Below, piece by piece: positions 40,980 through 54,725 of a stretch of 64,000 bases of DNA. This DNA is from Octopus vulgaris (Eukaryota). The DNA lies in NCBI GenBank assembly GCA_951406725.2, contig OX597817.1, positions 38,626,001-38,690,000 of the forward strand, read 5' to 3'. Numbering within the stretch: the first letter of the stretch is position 1; every line of letters begins with the position of its first letter. Both the position numbers and the translations under genes were made by a program. The notes beneath the pieces are model-generated. The model saw only the letters and a program-made list of their open reading frames with translations, ran no database searches and was not told the origin of the DNA.

Positions 40980-41030
<51 letters not shown>

Positions 41031-41031
41031 G

Positions 41032-41066
<35 letters not shown>
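40784..41066. repeat. Expanded compound (TATG)n/(TA)n tract with a higher-order repeat inside a family A SINE
   Basis: About four tandem units resembling TATGTATGTATGTATATATATAATATA, followed by interrupted (TA)n. Confidence 0.9.
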
Positions 41067-41067
<1 letters not shown>

Positions 41068-43000
41068 CTAGGCTTACAAAGAATAAGTCCTGGGGTCGAT
41101 TTGCTCGACTAAAGGCGGTGCTCCAGCATGGCCACAGTCAAATGACTGAAACAAGTAAAAGAGTAATAAATTGCTTATACTTCTACAATATGCACAATAT
41201 TTTAAAAATTTACTTTATACAATTGCTAATATTTCATTATAAAAATATAAGAGGATTCATTTTAAACCTTGAACGGCTATGAGGGTCCTTCCAAGTAAAA
41301 AAAAATGGTTGGGAACCATTGCCCTAAGAGATCTCAGGCATCATCCCCTATAATGTGTGGTACTTATTGCCTTCAGCTAATTATGCATGTAGGATTAAGT
41401 GTACTGCCACCTCTTACTTAGCTAGTATGATGTCTTCTTCATTTTCTATCATGATAAAACAAAAAACAAATTCTATTTTATCTTATAAAGTCTCAGTACA
41501 GTTAAAAGAAGGATTGTCAGGAACAGATGGACATTATTGCTGACAAAACTGGATGCCCTTCCTGTCTCCAAATCTCTTTCCAAGCAAGGTCATATTTTTC
41601 CCCTAAGGTTGGATGAATTTTCACAGAAATTGACAAAAAATGACACCATTTGTATTTTGTTGGAGTTTGTTTACAATCAGTGAGCAATAATATGCATGCA
41701 CATACAGACTTACACACATATTGGACTTCTCACATTTTGTCTGTTAAAAGGGGCTCAAGATGTTGCACAATTGGACTGAACCCTAAACCATGTAGTTGTA
41801 AAATAAACCTCTTAACCACACCCTGATAATGGTTTCAAATTTTGGCACAAAGCCGGCAATCTCAAGAGAGGAGGTAAGTCGATTACATCGACCCCAGTAC
41901 TCAGCTGGTACTTATTTTAACCCTGAAAGGATAAACGGTAAAGTCAATCTCAGTGGAATTTGAACTCAAAATGTAAAGGTAGATGAAATGCTGCTAAGTA
42001 TTTTGCCCAGCATGCTGGCAACTCTACCACCTCACCACTTTATGTACATAATCTAATAATAATAAATGTTAAGTGTTGCTTTTAAAATGCATATAAATAT
42101 TCAGATTCACTGCTCCTGATGTAAAAAAAAACACAATTTTTTTAAGCCATAAAAAAGGGGAGGAAAAACAAAGGTAAAAATTCTTTCTCTAAAAACTTTA
42201 ATATTAGGTCACATTTGAGAATTCCTAAAGCAAAGTGAACAGATTTTATCACAGACATGTCCTTAAATTGTTGATTGATGACCCAGAAATAGTACAAGTT
42301 TGTAGTTACTTATACAGTGAATCTGAACTCTGTCTCAGAGACCAATGGTGATGACATTTGATATTAAATCTCTTGAAGGTCATTGGAATTTCAACAGGCT
42401 TCATTAATTTTGTGACTCCAAACAAAGCTAAAACTAAAAAAGTTCTATTCTGGAATTTTCTGGTTGTTGTTTCACTGCCAAATACTCACTCACTGCCATG
42501 CCAAATTGAAAGGTTGCCGTAGTAAATATAAAGCATTAATGTTCCGAGATTAGTTAATGTTATAATTTTTTAAATGATCCTGTTCTGGACTGTTAACTTC
42601 ATTCTTAGATAATATATTTAAATTTAAACATCACATGTTCGTTCCCTGAATATATGCATTTATTTTAGTCTGGCCCCAATATAAGAACCTTTAATTATAA
42701 ACCATGGATATTAACACCCTTTATTTAGCTTTTAATGGTTCTTAGTTTTGACCCAGCCTGGAATAAGTTAACATATTCAGGAATGAGACACCTGGTGATG
42801 ACTAGAGACTGAGCTGATTGAAATATATTGTAGACTAACCTTGCCTCTGGAGTCATCATAATCATCATCATCATCATCATCATTGTCGTTATCATTGTTG
42901 TTGTTGTCATCAATGTTTAAAATAAGAAAGCTAATGATAACTTTAAAGAGTAAGGCTAATTAGCTCAGTGAGTTACCATTGTCTCAATATGTTGTTTTAT

Positions 43001-43038
43001 ATACTAAGATTTTGATAGGCCTATCAAAATCTTAGTAT
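43001..43038. repeat. Perfect 38-bp spacerless palindrome
   Basis: ATACTAAGATTTTGATAGG|CCTATCAAAATCTTAGTAT. Confidence 0.95.
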
Positions 43039-45916
43039 TTTCATCCTTTGATTAACCTTGTGAACAGTTGTGACAATCACATCCATTTCTCTACGCATAA
43101 TATTGATGACCTAATTAATATCTGGTACAAAGGAATCTCTTCAGATCTTTGAAGTTACAGAAACTCACAATTAGCATAGTTATGATTTGTGTCAAAGCAA
43201 ATTTTATGACATATCTTAACCAGTTAAGACATTGACATAGACAATGTATCACCAGCTTTTAACCCTTTCAACTTCCCATACACAGGTTGGCTGATGTAAT
43301 CAATTTACTATAGAGCTCTCAGCAATAATAACTATATAAGCAAATGAATAAGGACACATTTATTTACTCAGTTACTTAACCAGCTCAGTATAACACTCTC
43401 AACAAACAACTTCCTACTATTATTATTTTTATTTTATTTTTTAATGGGAAGCACATATTTTAAACCCTAAATCTTACAGCAACAAGTTCACAATAAAAAA
43501 CAAGATGGCTGTCTCAATGTTTCATTCAGCTTTCTATATGTAACAGACCTGCAGAGCTACCTGGTGACTGCTATTGTATAATAACTGTTCTTCTTAAAAG
43601 TCCTCTTCCTAATGAACTAAAAGTAAAAATAGTATTATAAAAGCATATCAAATCTCACTCACTGTATCTATTTCTTCTCCCTTATCTCTCTCTCTTTCTC
43701 TCTCTCTCTCACATATTCTAACATATATACATATGTGTGTGTGAGTGTGTGTGTGTGTATGTGTGCTTGCTTGCTTCTCTGCTTATGTATATAAATAAGC
43801 ATGAACCTAGCCTAACCATATTGCCCCCTCTACATACATATATGAATAATATGCATATATTTGGGTACATTGTGCAACTGAAATCCAGTGTGAATGTCAC
43901 TCTTTGTGTAATTTTTCTACTTCAGTTGATAGCCATGACACATATACAGAGACTACAGACATCTATATATACACATGATGAGTGTGTGTGTCCTTTAAAA
44001 CAATGGTCTAATATATACAAATAATAACAATATTAAAAATATAGGAGTACTAATAATGGTGGGCAGTTACACAAAGACATTGAATTGTCATCAAATAAAT
44101 GGTATTGTCAGCGCGTAACAGTGCATGTGCTGACAACATGGATTTCATTAACTGCTTAATAGTACACTTCTATAGATGTAGTAGTGGGTGTGTGGTTAAA
44201 AAAGTTTGCTTTTCAACAGCATTGATTGTAGTTCAATCCATCTGCACAGTCGACGTTTTTAATGTCCGCTTTCCATGCTAGCTAGCATGGGTTGGACGAT
44301 TTGACTGAGGACTGGTGAACCAGATGGCTGCACCAGGCTCCAATCTTGATTTGGCAGAGTTTCTACAGCTCGATGCCCTTCCTAACGCCAGCCACTCCAA
44401 AACTGTAGTGGGTACTTTTACGTGCCACTGGCACGAGGGCCAGTCACGCGATACTGGCAATGGTCAAGAAAATCGTGTTTTTTTTTTTTACGTGTCACCT
44501 GCACACCGGCACAAGTGCCAGCAAGGCAACGCTGGTGGTAAGGCGTCGCTGAACTTTCATAATTATTTTCTACTAGAGTCCTGGGCCAGCCAAAGCCTTG
44601 TTAGGGAATCTGGTTGATAGAAATTGAAAGCAGTCTATCATTATCATCATTTAACATCCATTCTCCATGCTGGCATGGGTTGGACAGTTTGATATGGAGC
44701 TGGTCAGCTGAGAGCTGTCCAGGCACTAATTGTCTGCTGGTTTCTACGTTTACTCCATGAAAGCTGCTTGTTGCAAGCGGTGTTGCTGTTGTCACTTTTC
44801 TTGTCAACAAATCACCCATTTGTTTCATGCCTTCAAAGATTTGTGAAATAAGAGCTCCTTTACTTGAAAAACCAGTATGGATTAGCAACAGAAAGAGCAC
44901 TTGACTGTAAAAGAGTGCCTCTCTAATATATTCATGTAACCCGTGCTAGCTCTGAAAAATTTCTTTTAGTTTGTGTGTGCCAAATTCACTAATAAGTCTT
45001 TTGTCTGCCTGAGGTTATAATAGAAGGCACGTGCCCAAGGTGTTGCACAGTGGGACTAAACCTGAAATCACAGGGTTGTGAAGTGAATCTCTAAACCACA
45101 CAGCTATGCTTGTGCCTCATATGCATGTGTGTGCTTAGTACACTCATTTAATCCGTGAGAACATGACGTAATAAAGTATTCTCTTGAAGAACTGTTGTGG
45201 ATCAACATCCAATTGCACAATGAACACTCACTGCAATGGGTGCAAATAACCACAATGGTAAATTGTATAATGTAGGGAACAAATAGTATAAATTCAATCT
45301 TGTGTTTGTCATACTTTTTTCACACACACACACACATATATATGCATACACATACACACACACACATATATGCTTATGCATATGTGTGTGTGGCATAATG
45401 TTATTGTTTGGTACTTCCTCCAAAAAAAGACGACTTAGTTTATTCTTTATTCATTGTGTTTATTGTTCTCTCCATAAAACTGGTTGGATTTTCAAGAAGA
45501 GCATCCAGCTGTAAAACCTCAGATCTAATTATACATACTCTGATATACTAAAATGTTACCACACCTATTATACAATCAGCACCAATCTACCTTTATGCCA
45601 GTGCTAGGTGCATTTGGACCGGTGCCAAATATGACCAGACAGATTTGTCTAAATCCATACCATCACACAGAACTTGAGAGTAATTCCTTTGAGGGTGATG
45701 AAGGGAGATGATAATATCATTTTGATGATGATGCATGTGTGTGTATGTGTGTCTGTTTGTGCCTATGTTTGTGTATGTGTTTCATGTACATGTATATAGC
45801 TGTGTAAAATGTAACCAATAGATATTAAGTACGCATATTACAAATATCTCTGATATGTATTGTAGACAAGTCTCTTTTGTTTGCATGTTTTTCTAAAATT
45901 GTTTACATGCATCTAA

Positions 45917-45950
<34 letters not shown>

Positions 45951-46516
45951 TCTTTGACTAAACTTTGCAAATGCTTGACATAAGATACTTAATTTGTTTC
46001 ATGAGGATATTAACAAACAACTGCTAAACCAAAGATTCTAAAACTCTGAGCTCTGTTGGTGATAATTATTCTTGCTTTTGTCAGATCAAACATACTCTCC
46101 CCACATCTTTCTCTTTCACACACACACACACAGGTGTGTGCCAACACATATTTGGATTGTTCAACAATTTTGGCACTTGTCCGACAAAATGTTCATTCAC
46201 TAACTGATACATTCAAGATCTTTACAAGTATTAAGTTCTGTTACAATAGTGGACTTGTTTGGTTTTTCTGATTTTTATTCTTTCAATTTGTTCATTCATT
46301 TTTTTGAGCATTTTGCAGAGTCAGTGTTAAATACCACAGTTATCTCCTCTTCAGTAGTTTTACTGCATGACACGGATGGAGCATAATTAACGAATCATCA
46401 GATCATTGTTTTAACCATCTCTTTTCTACCTTTAGAATTAAGTATCTTGACCTAAAATTTCAGACATTGTTTCTTTTAATTCATTGATAGTTATTGAATG
46501 GAAGTTCTTATTATAA

Positions 46517-46733
46517 GTGGTAGAGTCAACAGAATCGTTAGCACACCAGGCAAAATGCTTAACAGTATTCCGTCTGTCTTTGCATTCTGAATTCAAATTT
46601 CACCAAGGTCAACTTTGCCTTTCATCCTTTCAGGGTCAATAAATTTAAGTACCAGTTGCATACTGGGGTCTATGTAATTGACTGGGCCCCCTCCCCCCAA
46701 ATTTCAGGCCTTGTACCTATAGTAGAAAGGATT
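46517..46733 (+). mobile_element. tRNA-derived SINE family D (representative copy)
   Basis: Head CAGAATCGTTAGC...GAATTCAAATT and body GGTCAACTTTGCCTTTCATCCTTTC. Other copies lie near 870-1440 (three tandem), 4410(-), 7730(-), 9080, 22190, 27980, 28190-28648(-), 41830(-) and 52310(-). Confidence 0.85.
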
Positions 46734-47271
46734 ATTAGTGGTAGTTGTTATTGTTGCTGATGCTGGTACCAGTGCTGGTGCCAATGATGGCATTGTTATC
46801 TGCTAGCCCTACCAGAAAATCTCTGTTTTTGGTAATCCACTATCACTCGCTCATCATCATTTTACATCTGTTTTTCAATGCTAGCATGGGTTGAACAGTT
46901 TGGCAGGAGCTAGCAAGCCAAGAGGACTGCACTAAGCTTCAATGTCTGCTTTTGTATGATTCCTACAGCTGGATGCCATTCCTAACACTAAATCCTAGAT
47001 ATGAAAAGACAAAAGGAAACAAATTGCTATTTGCAATCGAAAGAATTTATGCAGACTTGCTCATTGTACCTTATTCTTTAGATATAGGTAAGACTAGGGA
47101 GAACTATTCCCCCATAACTTGTCATGACATGATGAAGCCATGGGGAGCAAGTGGAGGAACTAACACTAAGGAAACAGTGAATCGTCAGTTTCTCTTAATA
47201 AATATATACTCTACAACATGCTTTGAAAACTCTTTCATTTGTAACCAAACTACATACATATGTGTGTGTGT

Positions 47272-47349
<78 letters not shown>

Positions 47350-47990
47350 ATTCATATGTGAAGGCACATGGCCTAGTGGTTAGGGTGTTGCACTCATAGT
47401 CACAAGGTCATGTGTTCAATTCCCAGATCTTGTGGAAAGTTGTGTTCTTGAGCAAAGCACTTCATTTTGCTTTGCTTGCAGGTGGGAGAGTGGTTGAATT
47501 GTTGTCATGCCAGCAGAGATGCTTTATGATATATCTTCCAGCTTTCTACATTCCCAAGTCTAAGTCAAGATAGCCAAAGTTCCAGTAATCTACTTAACAG
47601 TAGCAGTGGAGGATACGTGCTCTCCCAGAGAGTGCTGGAGAAGATTCACATGCACAGGTCTCCCCAAGAGCATACTACCACTAGACAAGAGATGTATACA
47701 TATATATAGTTGTCTCAGCATGTGATTGCTAGTGAGTACATGCTACTAACAAAGCCCATTGAAGCAGAAATGCACTGGTTAATTCTTGTCTGTTGCTGAT
47801 ATTATTATATTTGTGTTATTAAACACAATATGTCTATAAGCGATATTATCTCCAAATGAATACTGCAATAAATTTAGCTTCTTGTGATGTATTTACATTA
47901 AGTGTGATATACAGATTGCTATTTTAAGCTAATACTACTTCTATTGCATATAAAAGATGTATAAATCTTTTACTTTTCCTCTCTTTGCAG

Positions 47991-48159
47991 GAACTGCTTA
48001 GTTGTACGATAAAAAAAGACATCCAATACACAGTGGTGAATCCTAAATTTCACCACTGGCGGACAGATGACAAACGATTTGGTCTTACTTTTGAAAGGTC
48101 GGGAGAAGCCCGAGCCTTCAATCAAGGAATCAAACATGTGCTTGCGGATCTCACAAAAG
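47991..48159 (+). CDS. SPRED: SPRED-family protein, next coding exon (C-terminal half of EVH1 domain)
   Basis: ctctttgcAG acceptor ends at 47990 and GTAAAT donor starts at 48160. The 169-nt exon reads ELLSCTIKKDIQYTVVNPKFHHWRTDDKRFGLTFERSGEARAFNQGIKHVLADLTK(G), matching SPRED FHHWxxDDKxFGLTF. It joins in frame (phase 0) to the exon ending at 6342. Confidence 0.95.
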
Positions 48160-48819
48160 GTAAATTTTCTTGAATATTGTCGTTGGTTTTTGCCATGAGA
48201 ATTAAATATTTGGAACTGTTTAGTAACCATGCTGGATAGCTCTACAGATAATTCTATCATGCCAATATTCTTCATTATTACTTCTATCTACTCTCACAAA
48301 CCACAAAATTTTATTTGTTTAAATTTTTGTACTAAATGACTCCTGCACAGTTTGTTGGATCTTCTTTCAGGTATTTCATTGTGTTTTGTTTGCAAAATCC
48401 CACAAGTTATTTGAATAGTCACCTGCAGTAGACAAACACAATAAAGAAAAAGGACATACACACACACTCACTCACTTGCTCATGGAATATACCATAACAG
48501 ACCATCACAGCTACAAGATATGGAACCAAAAGTTAATCATATGGAAGTAAATAATAAAGGCTAGCAGAACTTATCATCTCTGCAATGGATCCCGCCCCTT
48601 ATCAGTACCTAGTTTTGTTGGTGTTGTTATTTAACCCCAAACCAAAACCATTCAGCTTTGATTTGACTATGCTGTCATTTTTTTCAGACACAATGTAAAA
48701 GGACCTATATGGCTCAATGTGCCCTTCTTTTCAATGACTAGATATTATTTGTAGGGAGGTTGTTTTCTATTTCCAGCTGGCTGGGCTAGAAAATTAAAGC
48801 GTTCCTTATTGACTTAGTC

Positions 48820-48966
48820 CAGTGGTTCCCAACCTCTTCACTACCAAGGACCCCTTTTATTTAAATGAGTTTTCCCACAGACCCCAGGATATTGGAAGGC
48901 CTGTCAGCTTAACATGTTCGCAGACCCCCAGTACTACCTTTGTGAACCACCGGTTGGGAACCACTG
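48820..48966. mobile_element. hAT (Charlie-like) MITE
   Basis: Perfect 15-bp TIR CAGTGGTTCCCAACC and a degenerate 8-bp TSD (acttagtc/gttttgtc). Confidence 0.8.
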
Positions 48967-49117
48967 GTTTTGTCAGTATCTGGTGGATTTTAAGTGTCAT
49001 TGAAAAGCTCCTTCTTCAAGCAGATCCTTGCTTTCCATGCATTTACTTCTTGTGTCACATTACAGCCTAACTATATTACTTTTTAGCATCACTAACATCC
49101 AGATATTGTGAGATGAA

Positions 49118-49322
49118 CCCTTTTGATATTAAATCACCTGAGACTGCTTTAGGTTTCATGGTACAGACTTACTGTTTTAAAGTAATCTAAGTTAAAACTT
49201 CATATTAAAATTTCATATTAATTCATACTCCAAATGGTGACAGTTATTTTACTATATTCTTCATTATTTTACAAATTAATTGTAAGAAAGTGTATTTGAA
49301 CAGAAATATTGTAAGGGAAGGG
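49118..49322. mobile_element. Older, degenerate copy of the piggyBac-type MITE
   Basis: CCCTTT...GAAGGG-TTAA ends and an interior colinear with 28299-28520. Confidence 0.65.
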
Positions 49323-50249
49323 TTAATACTGAAATCTTCAAGTAAGGCCACTACCAGCTGGATTTAGAACCCAGAAACATGCATAGACATAAAAATAAAT
49401 ATGTGTGTCCCTATGTATGTGTGTATCATTTTACATCTATTTTTCTAAGCTAGCATGTGTTGGACACATCTTACAGCATATCACTATTTATTAGTCCCTC
49501 ATTATTTGGCGCATATTGTAACAGTTACCAATCTTGGTTATTTTGCATGTAATTTTTTTCTATCAAATGCATTCCAGTCTTAGCCATCCTGTTTTTTTCC
49601 CTCGATGCAGGTTAAGTAGGATCACATAATTAAAAGTAACCTTTTCAAATGATTGGGATGAGGTTTGATTTGTGGGAGAATTGGCTGCTCTATTTAGCAT
49701 AAAGAATGACCGCATTGAGTTCCCCTCTGGCTGGTGTTTGAAATGTTTAGTATTACTCCTCCCCTTCTCTTTATCATATTTTATCATTTTCCCATTCCCT
49801 TGCTTTCTATTACTTTTTTTTCTTCATTTCCTACACCACTCTCACCACAACCACCACCACTGTCTCTGTTTTCTTGTCTTCCTTTTCCACTCTCCCTTCA
49901 CTTTCAGTCATCTCCCCTTTTTCTACTCTCCTCTCTTTTGTAACTATGAGTATTTTCTTACAAATTTTTCAAATGGTGTTTTCATTTATTTTTTTTAGAG
50001 AAGTGTCTGTCCTTTCTCATTTATTTTTTTGCATACCCCCTTAAAAAAATAATACCAAATATTAGAAAAAAATAAGCAAAAAGTTATAATAATAATAATA
50101 ATAAGGTTAAGAAAAAGTCCTTGCTCTAAATTTCTCTGGGTTTATTATGCTGTAATATCCATCTCTTACATCTGCTCTTCATGTGCACTGTAACCCATAT
50201 AACAAGCTGTTGAATGTGTCAGGCCGGCTTCACACACAAACTTTTGACT

Positions 50250-50292
<43 letters not shown>

Positions 50293-51132
50293 ATTTTCCA
50301 CAATGCTTTTTTGCTTTTTAAAGGTTTTTTTTTAATGTACTTCTTTTTCCTAGTGTCTTCTCTCCCTCTCTTTCTCACTTTCTCTCTCTCATTCTTTCTC
50401 ACTCTCACTTTTCCCCCTAAACTCTGTTTTCTTCTTCACCTTCACCTCCGCTCCTCTACTTCTGTTAATAACCTTTTTTTTTTTTCTGCTTCATATATTC
50501 ATTTTTTTTAAAATCTGTATTACCATAAACCTTTTTCTTTATATTTTATTGGGAGTTCTTCACTATCTTTCATCCTGCTATCATACCACCAACAATAACA
50601 AGCTGAAGCAACAAGGAACCTCTACATTGTCACATGACCTGAGCAACCATGTGACCCTCAAATCTTAAAAAAAAGAACATGGTCCTACATTTCCTGTACA
50701 TAGAGGAAAAAGATATTAATGGTCAAAGCTGTAGTGCATTTGGTACGGAGGTCTGCTCAATCAAGACTGACCTGGGGCTAGACACCAATGGTAATCGCCA
50801 CTAACTCTTCATTGCAACTTGGCATTTTGTTATGCTTCAAGAAAGAAACCAAGTCTTTTTATTCTAATAGAAAAATAAAAAGGAAGAATGCATGGCTATG
50901 TGGTGGAGGAGTTCAGTTTAGGTTCATCTCAGTGTGCAGCACCTTGGGCAAGTGTCTTCTACTATAGCCACAGGCCAATCAATGCCTTGTGAGTGAATTT
51001 GATGGATGGAAACTATATATGTGTGTGTTTGTGTTTGTCCCTACCACCACCATCTGATAACTGGTGTTGGTTTGTTTATGCCCCCTTACCCAAATTAGCA
51101 GTTCGGCAAAAGAGACCTATAAGGTACCAGAC

Positions 51133-51195
<63 letters not shown>

Positions 51196-51372
51196 TGAAG
51201 TTGATTTGCTAGACTAAACACTTCAAGCTAGTGCCCCAGCATAGCCATAGTCCAATGACAAAAACAAGTAAATAAAAGAAAAAGTATTGAGAGTTTTGAG
51301 TTCAAATCCTATCTAGGTTGCCCTTGTTCTCCAATTTTTTGAGGTTAATAAAATTACTAATCTTCAAGTAGT

Positions 51373-51712
51373 CTGGGACCCCCTTCGGTCACGACACTGA
51401 CCATGGGATTGCACCTAGAAAGTTACCCTCCTAGTCACAAGTCTGGGCAAGGTGGTTTATGGAAGACCAGCAGTCGCCCATGCATACCGGCCTCCCCTCT
51501 CCACGCCACCAGTGTTATCCAAGGGAAAGGCAAAGGCCGATACAGCTTGGCACTCGTGACGTCGCAACTCATTTCTACAGGTGAGTGAACTGGAGCAACG
51601 TGAAATAAAGTGTCTTGCTCAGGAACACAACACGTAGCCCGGTCCGGGATTCGAGCTCACAACCTCACGATCGTAAGCTCGACGCTCTAACCACTGAGCC
51701 ATGCGCCTTCAC
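51373..51712 (-). mobile_element. Young full-length tRNA-derived SINE (family E) nested in an older SINE
   Basis: Minus-strand head GTGAAGGCGCATGGCTCAGTGGTTAGAGCG...GCTCGAATCCC has clean A/B boxes and retains many CpGs. It is flanked by a GTAGT direct repeat (51368-51372, 51713-51717). Decayed heads occur near 27450, 47360 and 54480-54580(-). Confidence 0.88.
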
Positions 51713-54656
51713 GTAGTGGACTCAATATAATCAACTACACTCCTTAAAAGTGGGTACCCAGTAAAACTAAGGATATGAGATCCTTCTTGTCATCATTTTT
51801 ACATGTTTTCTGTGTGCTGACATAGGTTAGAGAAAACTTATTGAGGTAGATTTTCTATGGCTGGAGGAAGGTTCTTCCTGTCACCAACATTTCTTTGTTT
51901 TACTAGTGTTGTATTTCTTTCACTGTCATCACATATCTCTTGAACTATTGAACATTTACTCACTGGAGAAAGTAAACATTGTCACCACCTTGTCATTCAG
52001 ACTGTGCTATTGGTAACATGTGGAATTCACATTCATGCACACATATACATACACACGTGTGTGGGATTCTTCACACTTTCCTTCTACAAGTTCCATTTGC
52101 AGCCAACCTGTAGCTATAGTTGATAATACTTGTCCAAGTGGATTGAGCCCAAAACCATGTGGTTGCAAAATGAACATTGGAATCATTTGGATCAATGAAA
52201 TAAATACCAGCCATTATTACTGGGTTTGATATAATTGACTATACTCCTTCAGTGTGATGCTTTTGTACAAGAAAGGATATGAGGTCATATAATATGCACC
52301 AGTTATATATGGGTTTCAAATTTTGGCACAATTTCAGAAGAGGAGGCTAGTCAATTACAATGACTTCAGTACTCGACTCATATTTATTTTATCAACCCCA
52401 AGAGGATGAAAGGCAAAGTTGACTTTGGCAGCATTTGAACTCAGAATATAAAGACAGATGGAATGCTGTTAAACATTTTTCCCAGTGTGCTAACAGTTTT
52501 GCTAGCTCACTACCTTTGCACCAATTGTGTATTAAGGTCTATTAAATCAGTTCTGCCTTCTTTTGCAGCAATCATTCCTGCTATCTGCACAGAGTTCAAA
52601 TCTCACTGAGATCAACTTTGGCATTCATCCTTTCAAATAAACTATTAATCTTCTACTGGGATCAATTCTTCTCTTTCTCTAACTCTTTTGTTCCCTCTGG
52701 CTCTTTCTCTCTCTCTGCGGTATAAATCAACGGTGGACAGACCTGTAGAGGGATGCTTTCACCAATTCTAAAATACCCAAAACATGTTGTATATCACAAC
52801 AGCACCCCTATGATTCCATCAAGGAGTTAATGGTCCATGGCATATATGCACACACATGTATATGTGTGTGTATCTCCTCTACAGCATGACACCTGTTTTT
52901 GTCCTTCTATCATACCTTAACTGCTCATCGCCTGTCACAAGATCGCCCTCCCTCAGTACTACTCCTCACTCTCACTTGAGGTGAGTCTTGCCTTGCAAAT
53001 TACTTTTGTGACCTCACAGGTGCCAGTACCATGTAACAAGCACCCAGTGCACTCTGTAAAGTGGTTGGTGTTTGGAAGAACATCCAGCCACAGAAACCAG
53101 GCCTAGGCAGTCTTGGTGCAGTCTTCTGGCTCACTGGCTCCTTTTGAACCATCCAACTCATGCCAGCATTGAAAACACATTAGACGATGATGATGATCAT
53201 ACACATGTGTGTATGTGTGTGTGAGAGAGAGAGAGAGTTATGTGTGTGTATATGTATGTATAAGCAGCCTTACTAACAATCTGCACTTCACTTTAACTAC
53301 ATATTGCAGGTTAAAGGAAGCATCATTAAGTTCCCTTGTTTGCTTATATATAAAATCTGTGTGAGACAGGAGTACATATGTGAGTACTTGTGTGTGTGCA
53401 CGCGTGTACTTCATGTGTGTATATGTATGTGTATAGGTGCACTCAAGCTCTTTCACTCTCTCTCCCACACTCACTCTCTCTTGTTCATTGTTGCTGTTGT
53501 TGTTGTTGTGTATTTATTTTCTTTGTTGTGGGCCAACTAGTGGCAATTGCCTAAAAAAGCTACAATTAGCATAGAATAGAATTAGTTTCCAGCTGATGTA
53601 AGAGGAAAAAACATCTATAAATAGCATCTAATGGAGCTTGCCTTTGTTGTACTGTTATTTTGTAGGAGGAGGGGTGGTGGTAGTGGTGGTGGTGGTGGTG
53701 GTGGTGATACTCATGGCAGTAATGATAGTAGTGCTGTGATGGTGGTAGTGGTGCTAGTAGTAGTAATGGCACTGGTGGTGTAATAAAGGTATTTGTGGTG
53801 GTGATGTGTGATGATGGTGTAGCTGTGGTGATGATGAGAGGCAGTGGTGATGTAATGATGTGGTGGTGGTGGTGGTTTTACTTTGAATTGCTTCTTTTAT
53901 ACATATTGAGCCATGTGACTCTGTGTTTGTGTGTGTGTGTGTGTGTGTATTGTTGATGGCAATGAGTGAGAGCAGGGTGACAAATGGTAGGGAGGTATAT
54001 GCATAGTACTACTAGTGGTGATGATGATGATGATGCTGTGAAAAGTAGGAAAAGAGATAGAGAGGGAAAGAATGCATGGTGGGGGGAGAAGAGTACATTG
54101 AAAAAAAATTAAACTGTCCTGTTAGTATAATTTAGTTGAAAAAAAAGTGTAAGCAGTGACACATGAAGTCTAGTAAATGTATATGTTATTTGTTTTGTGT
54201 GTGTGTGTGTGCTTAGACACATACATAGTTAGCAGATATAGATATTCACATGATGCATGGCTGAAATGACTAAAATAATGTATGGTGCTCCAGCATGACC
54301 GTAGCTGCATAGCTGTAACAAGTAAAAGGATAAAAGAAATTATCATCTCAAGTTCTAGGACTTTTAGGGCCAATTACCCAGTTTTCATGCTGTATAAATG
54401 GACAGGATCACAACACTGTCCTCTGAGCAGAATGCCAGTCTGTCACAAGGTTGTTCATTTGCAGCTAAGTGGACTGAGCAATGTAAAATGAAATATTTTG
54501 CACAAGAAACACAACAAACCACCTGGTCCTAGAATCAATTCCTCTATTTTGCAATTGTAAGTGCAACACCTTAACCACTAGACTACACATACATACACAC
54601 ACACACACATACATACATATATACATATGTATGCATATATATGTATCTGTGTTTGT

Positions 54657-54725
<69 letters not shown>

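Noticed and set aside
47970-48275. 101-aa minus-strand ORF
   Set aside because: It is the antisense shadow of the SPRED exon.
51640-51712. tRNA-like sequence with A and B boxes
   Set aside because: It is the head of a SINE: it continues into a repeat body, has a TSD and has decayed paralogues. It lacks a proper acceptor stem.
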